A stretch of 42,995 bases of DNA from assembly GCA_043824495.1 (NCBI GenBank), contig JBDRSV010000008.1, positions 1 to 42,995 of the forward strand. Direction: 5' to 3'. The DNA comes from Candidatus Aenigmatarchaeota archaeon. Lineage in GTDB: Archaea > Aenigmatarchaeota > Aenigmatarchaeia > QMZP01. A program made the position numbers and the translations under genes. The first letter of the stretch is position 1; each line of letters starts with the position of its first letter. Below are positions 9,321-19,875 of the stretch, in pieces. The notes beneath the pieces are model-generated. The model was not told where the DNA came from, did no database searches, and worked only from the letters and a program-made list of their open reading frames with translations.

Positions 9321-10199
9321 ATGTTAGTTCAGCCTAAGCCAGAATGGTTGAAGATAAGGCCTCCTACTACTGAGAAGTTTGCGAACATAAAGGAAGAAAT
9401 TAAAGCTCTTGGATTGAATACAGTTTGTCAAGAAGCTCATTGTCCTAATATGTCAGAATGTTGGTCTGGTGGGACCGCTACATTTATGGTAATGGGTGAC
9501 ACATGCACCCGTGCTTGTAAGTTTTGTAATGTGAAGACAACCTTTCCTGCAGCTCCTTTAGACGCTGAAGAACCAAGAAAGATTGCATCGCTTCTGACGA
9601 AATGGAATTTAGATTATATTGTTTTGACGTCTGTTGACAGAGATGATCTAGCTGATCAAGGTGCAGGTCATTTTGCTCTCTGTGTTCGAGAGGCAAAAAA
9701 GGCAAGTCCAAAAATTCTCGTAGAAGTTTTGATTCCAGATTTTAGGGGAGAAGAAAAACTTCTAGATATTATAATCAATTCAGAACCAGATGTTATTGCA
9801 CATAACATTGAAACTGTTGAGAATTTGCAGAAAAAGGTAAGAGATCCTAGAGCTGGTTACAAACAGTCATTAAATCTTTTGGAGCAAGCGAAAAAGAAAG
9901 ATCCAAGAGTTTACACAAAAACTTCTTTGATGTTGGGTTTAGGTGAAACTCGAGAAGAGGTTATACAAACAATGAAAGATTTGAGACGAATAGGAGTTGA
10001 TATAATTACTTTTGGTCAATATCTAAGACCAAGTGAGAAACACTTACCAGTCGAAGAATTTGTCAAGCCAGAGCAATTTAATTATTATAAAAAGGTTGCA
10101 GAAGTAATGGGCTTTTTATACGTGGCTTCAGGTCCATTTGTTAGAAGCTCTTACAGAGCTGGCGAGTTGTTTTTGAAAGGGATGCTTAATCAGAAGTAG
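9321..10199 (+). CDS. lipA: lipoyl synthase (radical SAM)
   Basis: CQEAHCPNMSEC, CTRACKFC, RSSY. Confidence 0.96.
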   Translation: MLVQPKPEWLKIRPPTTEKFANIKEEIKALGLNTVCQEAHCPNMSECWSGGTATFMVMGDTCTRACKFCNVKTTFPAAPLDAEEPRKIASLLTKWNLDYIVLTSVDRDDLADQGAGHFALCVREAKKASPKILVEVLIPDFRGEEKLLDIIINSEPDVIAHNIETVENLQKKVRDPRAGYKQSLNLLEQAKKKDPRVYTKTSLMLGLGETREEVIQTMKDLRRIGVDIITFGQYLRPSEKHLPVEEFVKPEQFNYYKKVAEVMGFLYVASGPFVRSSYRAGELFLKGMLNQK

Positions 10200-10551
10200 C
10201 ATACTTAACTAGTTCTTCCGTTTCCATTATTTTGGATACTAAAGCTTGTACTGAAAAGTCTTCTATTTTTTCTGAAGATATTATTTCCTTGTTTTTTGAG
10301 AAAGCATAAGAAATTTCCATTGCAACTGTTTTTCCTATATATCCATTTTTTGACGAAACGTATAATATATCGGCGTTTTCTATTCTTTCAAAAGCTCTAA
10401 ATAGAGCAGAACTTTCACTTTCTAATGTATCTTCGGTTGATTGTGATTTTCCGGCAGTTTCCACTTTGATCCCATTCTGCTTACATAATTCTACTATTTT
10501 TTCTACATCTTCGTAGAATTTTCTGCTTCCAGCAACGAATATTGACTTCAT
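10186..10551 (-). CDS. nucleoside 2-deoxyribosyltransferase-like protein
   Basis: IFVAGS...IENADILYV...YIGKTVAMEISYA. Confidence 0.65.
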   Translation of the reverse strand: MKSIFVAGSRKFYEDVEKIVELCKQNGIKVETAGKSQSTEDTLESESSALFRAFERIENADILYVSSKNGYIGKTVAMEISYAFSKNKEIISSEKIEDFSVQALVSKIMETEELVKYATSD

Positions 10552-10601
10552 ATTACATTATTAAGACTATAATTCTTAAGTAAGATTACCAAAAAATAAC
10601 T

Positions 10602-11681
10602 ATGGTTGAGAAAGTTCTCAAGAAGTTCGAAATTAAATATCTTCAGATTCTAGACGAGACAGGTCACTGTGACGAGAAGTTAAAACCAAAACTCACAAAC
10701 GCAGAAATTAAGAAAATGTATGAACTGATGGTTGTAACAAGAATTTTTGATAAGAAAGCATTAGCCATGCAAAGACAGGGAAGAATGGGAACATACGCTT
10801 CTGTTCTTGGACAAGAAGCTGCACAGATTGGAAGCGCTTTTCCGATGAATCCTAAAGATTGGTTATTCCCTGCTTTCAGAGAATCAGGAGCTTTGATTAC
10901 AAGATCAACTCCTATGAGCATGATTTTACAATACTGGGCCGGAGATGAAAGAGGAAGCAAATCCCCTAAAGATATTAACAATTTTCCATCTGCTGTTCCT
11001 GTAGGAACACAAATTCTACACGCAACCGGAACTGGTTGGGGAATGAGGATGAAGAAGCAGAAAACCGCAGCTGTTGTTTATTTTGGTGATGGTGCAACAT
11101 CAAGAGTGGATTTTCATGAAGGATTGAACTTCGCAGGAGTATTCAAAGCTAACACAGTTTTTGTTTGTCAGAACAATCAATACGCAATTTCTCTTCCTTT
11201 CGCTAAACAAACCGCAGCAGAAACAGTTGCACAAAAGGCTATAGCTTACGGTTTTGAAGGAATACGAGTTGATGGAAATGATATTTTTGCAGTTTACAAA
11301 GCAACAAAAAATGCTCTAGAAAAGGCTAGAGCAGGCAGGGGCCCTACTCTAATAGAATGTTTCACTTACAGAAGAGGAGATCATACAACATCAGATGATG
11401 CATCAAGATATAGAACAAAAAAAGAAGTAGAGTTATGGGAAAAGAAAGATCCTATAGATAGATTGAAAAAATACATGCAAAAGAAAAAGATCTGGACTCA
11501 AGCTTACGAAAAATCTGTAATAGCTAAGTACACAAAACTAGTTGAAGAGGCTGTGAAAAAGGAAGAAGCTATTCCTAAACCAGATTTGAAAGACATATTC
11601 TCTTACATGTATGCAAAAATGCCTAAACATTTAGAAGAACAGATGAAGAGTTTGGAAGAGTCGTTGGAGGAGGAAAAATGA
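10602..11681 (+). CDS. pdhA: 2-oxoacid (pyruvate) dehydrogenase E1 alpha
   Basis: QRQGR, GQEA, GDGATS...NN TPP motif, HTTSDD. Confidence 0.93.
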   Translation: MVEKVLKKFEIKYLQILDETGHCDEKLKPKLTNAEIKKMYELMVVTRIFDKKALAMQRQGRMGTYASVLGQEAAQIGSAFPMNPKDWLFPAFRESGALITRSTPMSMILQYWAGDERGSKSPKDINNFPSAVPVGTQILHATGTGWGMRMKKQKTAAVVYFGDGATSRVDFHEGLNFAGVFKANTVFVCQNNQYAISLPFAKQTAAETVAQKAIAYGFEGIRVDGNDIFAVYKATKNALEKARAGRGPTLIECFTYRRGDHTTSDDASRYRTKKEVELWEKKDPIDRLKKYMQKKKIWTQAYEKSVIAKYTKLVEEAVKKEEAIPKPDLKDIFSYMYAKMPKHLEEQMKSLEESLEEEK

Positions 11682-12655
11682 CTGTAATGAATATTGTTCA
11701 AGCAGTGAATTCAACGTTGAAACAAGAAATGAAAACGGATAATAATATCATAGTTCTAGGTGAAGACGTAGGAGTAAACGGCGGAGTTTTCAGAGCAACA
11801 GAAGGATTACTAAAACTCTATGGAAAAGAAAGGGTGATAGATACACCTTTATCTGAAGCCGGAATAATCGGAACATCAATTGGTCTTTCTGTTTATGGTA
11901 TTAAGCCTGTAGCTGAAATTCAATTCTCTGGATTTTTGTATGCTGGTTTAGATCACTTAATTTCACATGCTTCAAGAATGAGAAACAGAACTAGAGGAAG
12001 ATTCACATGTCCAATGGTTGTTAGAACCCCTTATTCTGGTGGAATACATGCACCTGAACATCATTCTGAAAGTATGGAAGCTTTGTTAATACACACACCA
12101 GGATTGAAAGTTGTGATTCCTTCTACACCTTCCAATACAAAAGGTTTGTTAGCAGCATCCATAAGAGATCCTGATCCAGTTGTATTCATGGAACCTAAGA
12201 GAGTTTACAGAGCAATAAAAGAAGATGTTCCTGACAAAAGTTATACCATTCCTTTAGGAGAAGCCGAAGTTGTAACAGAGGGAAGCGATGTGACTTTGAT
12301 TTCTTGGGGAGCGATGATGAAGTTCTCTAGAGAAGCTGTTGAGAAACTGAAAGAACAAAAAATAAATTGTGAACTTATTGATCTTAGAACAGTATCTCCC
12401 ATAGACACAGACACAATAATTAAATCAGTTAAGAAGACTGGAAGAGCTGTCATAGTTCATGAGGCTCCAAGAACATGTGGTTTAGGAGCTGAAATATCTG
12501 CACAAATAAATGAAAGGGCTTTACTAAGCCTAAAAGCACCAGTAGAGAGAGTAACAGGATATGACACTGTAATTCCTCTATACAAAATGGAAAGCTATTA
12601 TCTCCCTGATGTTAAGAAGATAATTAAAGGTGTTTGGAAAGTTGTAAATTTTTAG
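11678..12655 (+). CDS. pdhB: 2-oxoacid dehydrogenase E1 beta
   Basis: GEDVGVNGGVFRAT, DTPLSE, EHHS, DPDPV. Confidence 0.93.
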   Translation: MTVMNIVQAVNSTLKQEMKTDNNIIVLGEDVGVNGGVFRATEGLLKLYGKERVIDTPLSEAGIIGTSIGLSVYGIKPVAEIQFSGFLYAGLDHLISHASRMRNRTRGRFTCPMVVRTPYSGGIHAPEHHSESMEALLIHTPGLKVVIPSTPSNTKGLLAASIRDPDPVVFMEPKRVYRAIKEDVPDKSYTIPLGEAEVVTEGSDVTLISWGAMMKFSREAVEKLKEQKINCELIDLRTVSPIDTDTIIKSVKKTGRAVIVHEAPRTCGLGAEISAQINERALLSLKAPVERVTGYDTVIPLYKMESYYLPDVKKIIKGVWKVVNF

Positions 12656-12662
12656 TGATTTT

Positions 12663-13994
12663 ATGTCATTTGAATTCAGGTTCCCGGATGTTGGTGAAGG
12701 TATCACAGAGGGTAGAGTAGTCAAGTGGAAAGTTAAAGTGGGAGACACTATCAAAGTAGACCAGGTTCTAGGAGAAATAGAAACTGACAAAGCTGTTGTA
12801 GAAATACCATCTCCAAAAGCTGGAACAATTCTGAAATTAAACGCGCAAGAAGGCCAGAGTATAAACGTTGGTGATGTCATTGTTACAATTGGTGAATCTG
12901 GAGAGAGATCACCAATAGCTGAGAGAGTGAAAGAAGTTGTAAAAGCTGCAGTTAATGCAGAGATAAAAATGCCAAAGAAAAAGAAAGACGCAGGAGCTGT
13001 AGTAGGGCAACTAGAAGAAGCTCCTGAAGATAAACCAACACCAAAGCCTGTTCCTGGAATGCCGCAAGCTGTGATACCAGATCACCACAAAGTTGATGAT
13101 TCTTCTGTGAAAGCATTACCTAAAGTTAGACAACTTGCAAAGGCTATGGGAATTAATTTAACACAAGTAAAAGGATCTGGACCTGATGGAAGAGTGACAG
13201 AAAATGATCTTAAAGGACATGTAGGTCATCCTCCTTCTGAAATAGCAGAACCAACACTAACGGCACCAAAAGTAAACTTCAACAAATATGGAAGATTTAT
13301 TGAGATTCCTGTTACAGGAGTTAGGAGAAAAATAGCTGAGAATATGACTCGCTCTGCGTTCACTGCACCACATGCAGTTGAGATGGAAGAAGCTGATGTG
13401 ACAGAACTTGTCAAGATTAGAGAAGTTCAGAAAAAGAAAGCTGACAATCTTTCTGTTCACTTAACTTACATACCATTCATTGTCAAAGCTGTCATAGCAG
13501 CTTTAATCAAACATCCATATGTGAATTCAACATTAGACATGGAGAAAGGGATTATCATAAACAAGCAATACTACAACATTGGAATCGCAGTAGATACACC
13601 ACACGGTCTAATGGTTCCTGTCTTGAAACATGCAGACCAGAAAAGTATTCTGAGCCTAGCTCATGATATAGAAATGTTATCAGAGCAAGCAAGAACGAGG
13701 AAAATTAAATTAGATGACATGCAAGGAGGAACATTCACAATCACAAATTATGGTTCTCTTGGTGGAACATTTGGAGTTCCAATAATAAACTATCCAGAAG
13801 CTGCAATTCTTGGTGTAGGTAGAATTCAGGACAAGCCTGTAGTAAGAGATGGAAAGATAGTAATCAGAAAGATGTTACCGCTATCACTAGCCTTTGACCA
13901 CAGAATAATTGATGGAGCACAAGCAGCAAGATTCATCCGCTCTGTCATGAATCACTTGGAAGATCCTGATTTTCTTCTAATCGATATGAGCTAA
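12663..13994 (+). CDS. pdhC: dihydrolipoamide acyltransferase E2
   Basis: one lipoyl domain (ETDKA), E1/E3-binding domain (GSGPDGRV), DHRIIDG. Confidence 0.94.
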   Translation: MSFEFRFPDVGEGITEGRVVKWKVKVGDTIKVDQVLGEIETDKAVVEIPSPKAGTILKLNAQEGQSINVGDVIVTIGESGERSPIAERVKEVVKAAVNAEIKMPKKKKDAGAVVGQLEEAPEDKPTPKPVPGMPQAVIPDHHKVDDSSVKALPKVRQLAKAMGINLTQVKGSGPDGRVTENDLKGHVGHPPSEIAEPTLTAPKVNFNKYGRFIEIPVTGVRRKIAENMTRSAFTAPHAVEMEEADVTELVKIREVQKKKADNLSVHLTYIPFIVKAVIAALIKHPYVNSTLDMEKGIIINKQYYNIGIAVDTPHGLMVPVLKHADQKSILSLAHDIEMLSEQARTRKIKLDDMQGGTFTITNYGSLGGTFGVPIINYPEAAILGVGRIQDKPVVRDGKIVIRKMLPLSLAFDHRIIDGAQAARFIRSVMNHLEDPDFLLIDMS

Positions 13995-13999
13995 TTTTT

Positions 14000-14356
14000 A
14001 TGAAAATATATCTTGCGCACTCAACAGATTTTGATTACAAGAAAGAACTTTATGAGCCATTGAAAAATTCTGAACTAGTTGATAAACATGAATTTGTTTT
14101 TCCACATGACAACGAGAATAATCTAAGCTCAAAGGACATTATAAAAAATTGTAATCTTATAATAGCAGATGTATCTTACCCATCTATAGGAGTAGGAGTA
14201 GAACTTGGGTGGGCTGAGTCTTTTGGTATTAAAATAATTTGTATTTTCAAGCGTGGATCTAGACCATCAAAATCTTTGAGGAACTTAACACTTCATTTTA
14301 TCGAGTATTCAGATACTGATCACTTGATAAACGAACTCAAAGAAGAACTTCTATAG
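14000..14356 (+). CDS. nucleoside 2-deoxyribosyltransferase-like protein
   Basis: KIYLAHS...IIADVSYPSIGVGVELGWA. Confidence 0.72.
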   Translation: MKIYLAHSTDFDYKKELYEPLKNSELVDKHEFVFPHDNENNLSSKDIIKNCNLIIADVSYPSIGVGVELGWAESFGIKIICIFKRGSRPSKSLRNLTLHFIEYSDTDHLINELKEELL

Positions 14357-14400
14357 CACTGCTTTCCATTTTCTGATTAATTAACTCGTTCGAATAAATT

Positions 14401-15381
14401 ATGAATATGACAAACAAATCCAACAAGAGATTTGCTATTCATTACGTTACTAATAAAGTTCCTATTGTAACATCTGAATCCACTATTTCTGATGTAAAGA
14501 AATTGATTAAAAATAAAATAAACGAGTTCGTTTCACTAAATTATATCTATGTTGTTGATAAGGGTAAACTTGTTGGCGTTTTTTCAATTAAAAAACTGTA
14601 TACACATGACCCGAAAACAAAAGTTGACAGTCTTTGTAAAGGAAAAGATACGATAAAAGTAAAATCGAAGGATACGGCCGTTCTTTCTGCATATCTTTCA
14701 CTGAAAAATAACATCTCAATGATACCAGTAGTTGATGATGACGGAACTTTTTTTGGTGTCATTACATATGACAAGATTCTATTAATCCTTCATGAAAGAC
14801 ACATGGAAAACAGATTTTCTCACGTAGGAATATCAAAAAATCATTTAGCTTTCGACGATACACTAAAAATGCCTATTTTGCAGGCTGTTAGGTTCAGAAT
14901 ACTGTGGCTTATTATTGGACTTTTTGGTGGTTTCTTAGCAGCAGGTGTCATATCTTCCTTTGAGAAAATATTGAGTCAGAATATTATACTCGCAGCATTT
15001 ATTCCACTTGTAGTCTACACTGCAAGTGCAGTTGGCATGCAAATGGAAGTCTTTACTATAAGAGACATCACTTTTCATAGCAAGTTAGTATTCTCGAAGT
15101 ATTTTCTGAAACAGTTCTCAGTAGTTATATTGATTGGTCTAATACTTGGTCTGATTAGTGCTCTATTATGTCTAGCTATTTTTGGTAGTATAAAGATTGC
15201 AATCGTTGTCGGTATTTCAATAATAGTAGCAAGTGGATTTTCTGTTCTTTCAGGTCTTCTGATACCATTCATGTTCAGAAAAATTAAAAAGGATCCCGCA
15301 GTTGGTAGCGGCCCAATAGGGACAATTATTCAGGATATAATAAGTGTAACTATATTTTTCTTGATAGCATCATTACTATAG
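14401..15381 (+). CDS. mgtE: MgtE-type magnesium transporter (CBS pair plus membrane domain)
   Basis: CBS repeats, LAAFIPL, DPAVGSGP...QDI. Confidence 0.8.
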   Translation: MNMTNKSNKRFAIHYVTNKVPIVTSESTISDVKKLIKNKINEFVSLNYIYVVDKGKLVGVFSIKKLYTHDPKTKVDSLCKGKDTIKVKSKDTAVLSAYLSLKNNISMIPVVDDDGTFFGVITYDKILLILHERHMENRFSHVGISKNHLAFDDTLKMPILQAVRFRILWLIIGLFGGFLAAGVISSFEKILSQNIILAAFIPLVVYTASAVGMQMEVFTIRDITFHSKLVFSKYFLKQFSVVILIGLILGLISALLCLAIFGSIKIAIVVGISIIVASGFSVLSGLLIPFMFRKIKKDPAVGSGPIGTIIQDIISVTIFFLIASLL

Positions 15382-15411
15382 TTTGTAAGCGCCTCTCGTT
15401 AGTTTAGGCTA

Positions 15412-15576
15412 TTACCATCTATGTTTGCATTTCTTACAATACCACTGAGGACTGTTCTCATCAAATATACAACCACCTAGAAAATATTTGTCTCCATCCT
15501 TCTCGCCTTTTGGCATTGCAACATCTCCATAAATAATTGGAATTACTTCCTTTGATTTACACTTTGGACATTTCAT
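15412..15576 (-). CDS. 54-aa Zn-ribbon microprotein (not in the ORF track)
   Basis: MKCPKC...IIYG...LGGC...PQWYCKKC..W; ATGA overlap with the upstream ligase stop. Confidence 0.8.
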   Translation of the reverse strand: MKCPKCKSKEVIPIIYGDVAMPKGEKDGDKYFLGGCIFDENSPQWYCKKCKHRW

Positions 15577-16412
15577 AATAATCCATCCCACTCATTCATA
15601 TAACCAATATCACCTGGTTGACTTCCCCATATTAGGTGGCAAAAGCCTCTATTTTCTCTTCCTTCATTCACAGTCCATTCTGTTTGTTCTCCATATTTTT
15701 CTCTTGCTAAAGCTTCTGCTCTTTCTAATTCTTCTGGGGTAAGTTCAGATTCGTCAAAATTTTTCCCATCAAGAAATGCATCTCTTATTCTTTCATAAGC
15801 TTCTTGAAGAGACACTCCACTATAATCAGATATTGAAGTAATATATTCTGAAGCAGCTTGCATAGCTCTTTCCATTTCTCTCACACGAAAAACTTCGAAT
15901 GTTTTTTTCAAATATTCTGTTCTATAATTTATCGAACCCTGTTGCAATAAAACTCTTGATCCCCTTTCAGGGAAAAATTTATGATACTGTGCACTACCAA
16001 CTATTTTTCTGGCTTCAACTAATACATCGTTTTTGTTCACAAGTTCGGGAGACAAACCAAGAGACTTAAGACCATTTATTATCCAACCGCATATTTCTTG
16101 ATATGATTGTAATCCGGGGGGTAGAATATCTCGCGGTGCAATTACACTATAACTAAACTCTTCGTTTGGGTCGTGATATATTGCTCTACCCCCAGTTGGT
16201 CTGCGAGTATACTTCACACCCAATTCTCTGCATGCATCAAGATCTAATTCCCCTAAATTCTGTTTGTAAGCTAGAGAAACAGATGGTGGATTCCACTTAA
16301 AAAATCTTATAATAGGATCACCATCAGCAACTGAATACATCAGTGCTTCATCAATTGCCATATTCACTGCAGGATCATGTGTTTTTATGGGAATTACTCT
16401 CCATTTTTTCAT
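15573..16412 (-). CDS. lipoate-protein ligase/octanoyltransferase family (LplA/LipM-like)
   Basis: NMAIDEA, RRPTGGRAIYHD, KNDV, RKIVGSAQ, QQGS. Confidence 0.88.
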   Translation of the reverse strand: MKKWRVIPIKTHDPAVNMAIDEALMYSVADGDPIIRFFKWNPPSVSLAYKQNLGELDLDACRELGVKYTRRPTGGRAIYHDPNEEFSYSVIAPRDILPPGLQSYQEICGWIINGLKSLGLSPELVNKNDVLVEARKIVGSAQYHKFFPERGSRVLLQQGSINYRTEYLKKTFEVFRVREMERAMQAASEYITSISDYSGVSLQEAYERIRDAFLDGKNFDESELTPEELERAEALAREKYGEQTEWTVNEGRENRGFCHLIWGSQPGDIGYMNEWDGLL

Positions 16413-16444
16413 GGATAATAATTAATAAAAAGAATTAAAAATCA

Positions 16445-17647
16445 TCAATATCTCTTTGATCTCTTATTGTAGTCTCTTCTTGGAGGTCTTCTTGAGTCAT
16501 TGTCGTATCTTCTTCTCCTCTCCACTGAAACCTTTACCATTACTATGCGTGGAGTTTCTAGTTTTTCGAGACCAATTCTATCATCATCTAAAACATTAGA
16601 AAGACTACTCCAGTCTTTATTTTCAAGTAAATTTATGACCATCCCTTCTTTTCCTGCTCTCGCTGTTCTGCCTATTCTGTGTATATAGTCTTTACTATCA
16701 TTTGGTATGTCATAGTTGTACACATGAGAAACACCTTGAATATCAAGACCACGAGCAGCTACATCAGTACAAACAAGAACTGTGACATTCTTTGAGTGGA
16801 AATCCTTCATTGTTTTGTTTCTTTTATCCTGAGAAAATCCACCGTGTATTGCAACTGAATTGATTCCGTTTAGTTTCAAGTTTTTAGAAACAAAATCTGT
16901 GTTTCTTCTTGTATTACAAAATACCATCACAAGTCCTGCTTTTTCGTGTTTTAGAAGCTGAGTTAAAAGAGAGAATTTCATTTTTCCTTGAACATCATAA
17001 TACACCTGTCTGAGCTTCTTTGCATCAACGTAAGCTTCCGCAGATATTTTCACTGGATCTTTCATATATCTTTTTGAAATAACAGAAACATCATCTGTGA
17101 TAGTTGCTGAGAATAGAATTGTTTGTCTTTTTTCCGGACAGTGTTTTATTATTTTTTCTACATCATCTCTGAAACCCATATCAAGCATTCTATCAGCTTC
17201 GTCTAAAACGAGTATTTTAACACGACCTAAGTATAGTGTTTTTCTGTTTAGATGATCTAATATTCTTCCTGGTGTACCAACAACAATGTCAGCTGATTTA
17301 AGTCCTTGTATTTGTGGGTTTATAGAAGCGCCACCATAAACACATGTAACTTCTAAATGCTTATATTTTGAAAATAATATTAGAGCCTCTGCTACTTGTT
17401 GTGCAAGCTCTCTAGTTGGTGTGAGTACAAGTCCTTGTATTCCTTGACCTGGCTCTGCGTTTTGTATTAGTCCAGAACCGAAAGCCAGAGTTTTTCCAGA
17501 ACCTGTTGCAGATCCTGCAATTACATCCTTTCCAGCTATGACTAAAGGAATTGATTTTTCCTGTATTTCAGTAGGCTTGTCAAACCTCTGTTCTTCTATT
17601 ACTCTTAAAATAGGCTGTATAATACCTAGTTTTTTGAATTCACTCAT
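16445..17647 (-). CDS. DEAD-box RNA helicase
   Basis: Q motif, ATGSGKT, PTRELA, DEAD, SAT, ARGLD, HRIGRTAR. Confidence 0.96.
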   Translation of the reverse strand: MSEFKKLGIIQPILRVIEEQRFDKPTEIQEKSIPLVIAGKDVIAGSATGSGKTLAFGSGLIQNAEPGQGIQGLVLTPTRELAQQVAEALILFSKYKHLEVTCVYGGASINPQIQGLKSADIVVGTPGRILDHLNRKTLYLGRVKILVLDEADRMLDMGFRDDVEKIIKHCPEKRQTILFSATITDDVSVISKRYMKDPVKISAEAYVDAKKLRQVYYDVQGKMKFSLLTQLLKHEKAGLVMVFCNTRRNTDFVSKNLKLNGINSVAIHGGFSQDKRNKTMKDFHSKNVTVLVCTDVAARGLDIQGVSHVYNYDIPNDSKDYIHRIGRTARAGKEGMVINLLENKDWSSLSNVLDDDRIGLEKLETPRIVMVKVSVERRRRYDNDSRRPPRRDYNKRSKRY

Positions 17648-17734
17648 ATCACAAAGAAAAAGTCTACGCCTTTTCTTCTAACACCTTACTTAATGATAAG
17701 ATTAGTATCAGTGGACTTATAAAGACGTTACCCT

Positions 17735-19063
17735 CTAGTAGATCTCTAAATATTTCTTTAATTCCCATTGTGTAACTTGCATTCTGAATTCATCCCATTC
17801 TTGGGTTTTTGCTTCAATGTATCTTTCGTATGTGTGTTTTCCCAGAGCTTCTTGTATTACTGTATCCGCTTTCAGTTCTTTTAGTGCTTGCCATAAAGAG
17901 TGTGGTAACACGTCAATCTTCAATTCTGATATTCTCTCATGGTTCAAATTATAAACATCCTCTTCTACGGGTGGTGAAGGCATCAAGTTTCTTTTGATTC
18001 CATCTAATCCACACTTCAGCATTACTGCAAAAGCTAAGTAAATGTTACAACTTGGATCTGGACATCTTAATTCAGCTCTTGTAGACTGGTGTTTTCCTGT
18101 AGAATATGCAGGCACTCTCATCAAGGAAGATCTGTTTTGTCTTGCCCAGCTTATGTAAACTGGAGCTTCATAACCAGGCATCAATCTCTTGTAAGAATTT
18201 ACTAAAGGAGATAGTATTGCTGACATTCCTTTTGCGTGTATTAATTGACCAGCAATGAAATTGTATGCTATTTTTGATAATTTATACTGATCATTTTCAT
18301 CATAGAATACATTATTTCCATTGGAATCAAAAAAACTCTGGTGAACGTGCATCCCAGAACCATTGATTCCCTGTATTGGTTTTGGCATGAATGTTGCATT
18401 CAAGTCATTTTGTTGTGCAATAGCTTTTAATACAAATCGAAGTGTTGTTGCACTATCGGCTGTTTTCAACGCTTTATCATATTTGAAATCTATTTCATGT
18501 TGTCCACGTGCAACTTCATGATGAGAAGATTCAACAATAATACCGAACTGTTGAAGTGCTGTTATCATATCTCTTCTAACATTATATGCCTGATCCGTTG
18601 TTAGATCAAAATAACTTCCACTATCATGAGGAAGTGCTTTAAATTCTCCATCTTTCTTGAAAAGAAAAAACTCTAGTTCTGGTCCAGTATTGTAAATAAA
18701 TCCCATTTCTTTTGCTTCTTCAATCACTTTTTTCAGAATGTATCTAGGATCGCCTTCGAAAGGCAATCCATTTGGTTTGTAAACATCACAGATGAATCGC
18801 GCTGTGTTTCCGTCATTAGAATGCAGCCATGGTATAAGTGAATACGTTGATGTATCCGGTTTCAGAAACATGTCACTCTCGGCTATTCTTGCAAATCCTT
18901 CTATAGAAGATCCATCAAACCATGTTCCATGCTCTAATGAGTCAGGTAGGTGCTGAGAAGGTATTGTTATACTTTTTACATGACCAAGAATATCAGTGAA
19001 CTGCAGCTGTATGAATTTCACACTGTCTTTTTTGACTTGTTCTAGGACAGAAGAATTATCCAT
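17735..19063 (-). CDS. glnA: glutamine synthetase type I
   Basis: FDGSSIEGF, GPELEFF, HHEVARGQHE, FMPKP...NGSGMH, NSYKRL, ELRCPD. Confidence 0.96.
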   Translation of the reverse strand: MDNSSVLEQVKKDSVKFIQLQFTDILGHVKSITIPSQHLPDSLEHGTWFDGSSIEGFARIAESDMFLKPDTSTYSLIPWLHSNDGNTARFICDVYKPNGLPFEGDPRYILKKVIEEAKEMGFIYNTGPELEFFLFKKDGEFKALPHDSGSYFDLTTDQAYNVRRDMITALQQFGIIVESSHHEVARGQHEIDFKYDKALKTADSATTLRFVLKAIAQQNDLNATFMPKPIQGINGSGMHVHQSFFDSNGNNVFYDENDQYKLSKIAYNFIAGQLIHAKGMSAILSPLVNSYKRLMPGYEAPVYISWARQNRSSLMRVPAYSTGKHQSTRAELRCPDPSCNIYLAFAVMLKCGLDGIKRNLMPSPPVEEDVYNLNHERISELKIDVLPHSLWQALKELKADTVIQEALGKHTYERYIEAKTQEWDEFRMQVTQWELKKYLEIY

Positions 19064-19131
19064 AATAATTCATAGTTCGAAATTTTAAATGTCTTAAAAT
19101 CGTGTTGGAAGATAGCTGTTTAAATTACGTT

Positions 19132-19875
19132 TTATCTCATGAAATTCCACTCTTTTTGAGAATATTTAGACTCTGCAACCTCTTTTGCTCTTGTGAGTTC
19201 TTCTTCTGTCAATTGTCCTTCTTCGTAATCTTTGCCTTCTGTGAAACCTCTAACAAGAGATTGGTATGTTTCTTCCATGCTCACCTGTTTCTGATCTAGG
19301 ATACGTGTTACTCTATCTTCTACTGATTGTATCATTTTGTCAGAGATTTTTTCTTGTCCTACTTTTAGAAGTGAAAACATTTTCCTTACATCTAAATCAT
19401 ATAGAATTGTTCCATGCTGGAGGAGCACGTTCTGTCTTCGGGTTTGTGCGTTACCTGATATTTTCTTTCCTGCAACAATTATATCATTTATTGGTTTGAA
19501 TTCTGATTCTATTCCTAGAAGTTTCAAAGAGTTTATGATCCACCCACAAATTAAATGATAAGAATCTATGATACCTTTTGGGAAGAGTTCTTGGTTTCCG
19601 ATAACGCTGTATGTAATTTCCCCATCATAATCATGATAAACAGCTCCTCCCCCTGTTATTCTTCTTACAACATCAACTCCAAGTTCTTTACATTTCTCAA
19701 GAGCTATCTCATCTTCCAAGCTTTGAAAATAACCAATGCTAACAGCACTTGGCTGCCATCTCCAGAACCTAATTGTTGGTGGTCCACCTCTAGAAACAGA
19801 TTCTGTAACAGCTTGGTCTATTCCCATGTTCATTGCCGCGCTTCTTGATTCAAATGGCAATAATCTCCATTTCAT
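19132..19875 (-). CDS. lplA: lipoate-protein ligase catalytic subunit
   Basis: NMGIDQA, RRITGGGAVYHD, NDI, KKISGNAQ, QHGT. Confidence 0.9.
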   Translation of the reverse strand: MKWRLLPFESRSAAMNMGIDQAVTESVSRGGPPTIRFWRWQPSAVSIGYFQSLEDEIALEKCKELGVDVVRRITGGGAVYHDYDGEITYSVIGNQELFPKGIIDSYHLICGWIINSLKLLGIESEFKPINDIIVAGKKISGNAQTRRQNVLLQHGTILYDLDVRKMFSLLKVGQEKISDKMIQSVEDRVTRILDQKQVSMEETYQSLVRGFTEGKDYEEGQLTEEELTRAKEVAESKYSQKEWNFMR

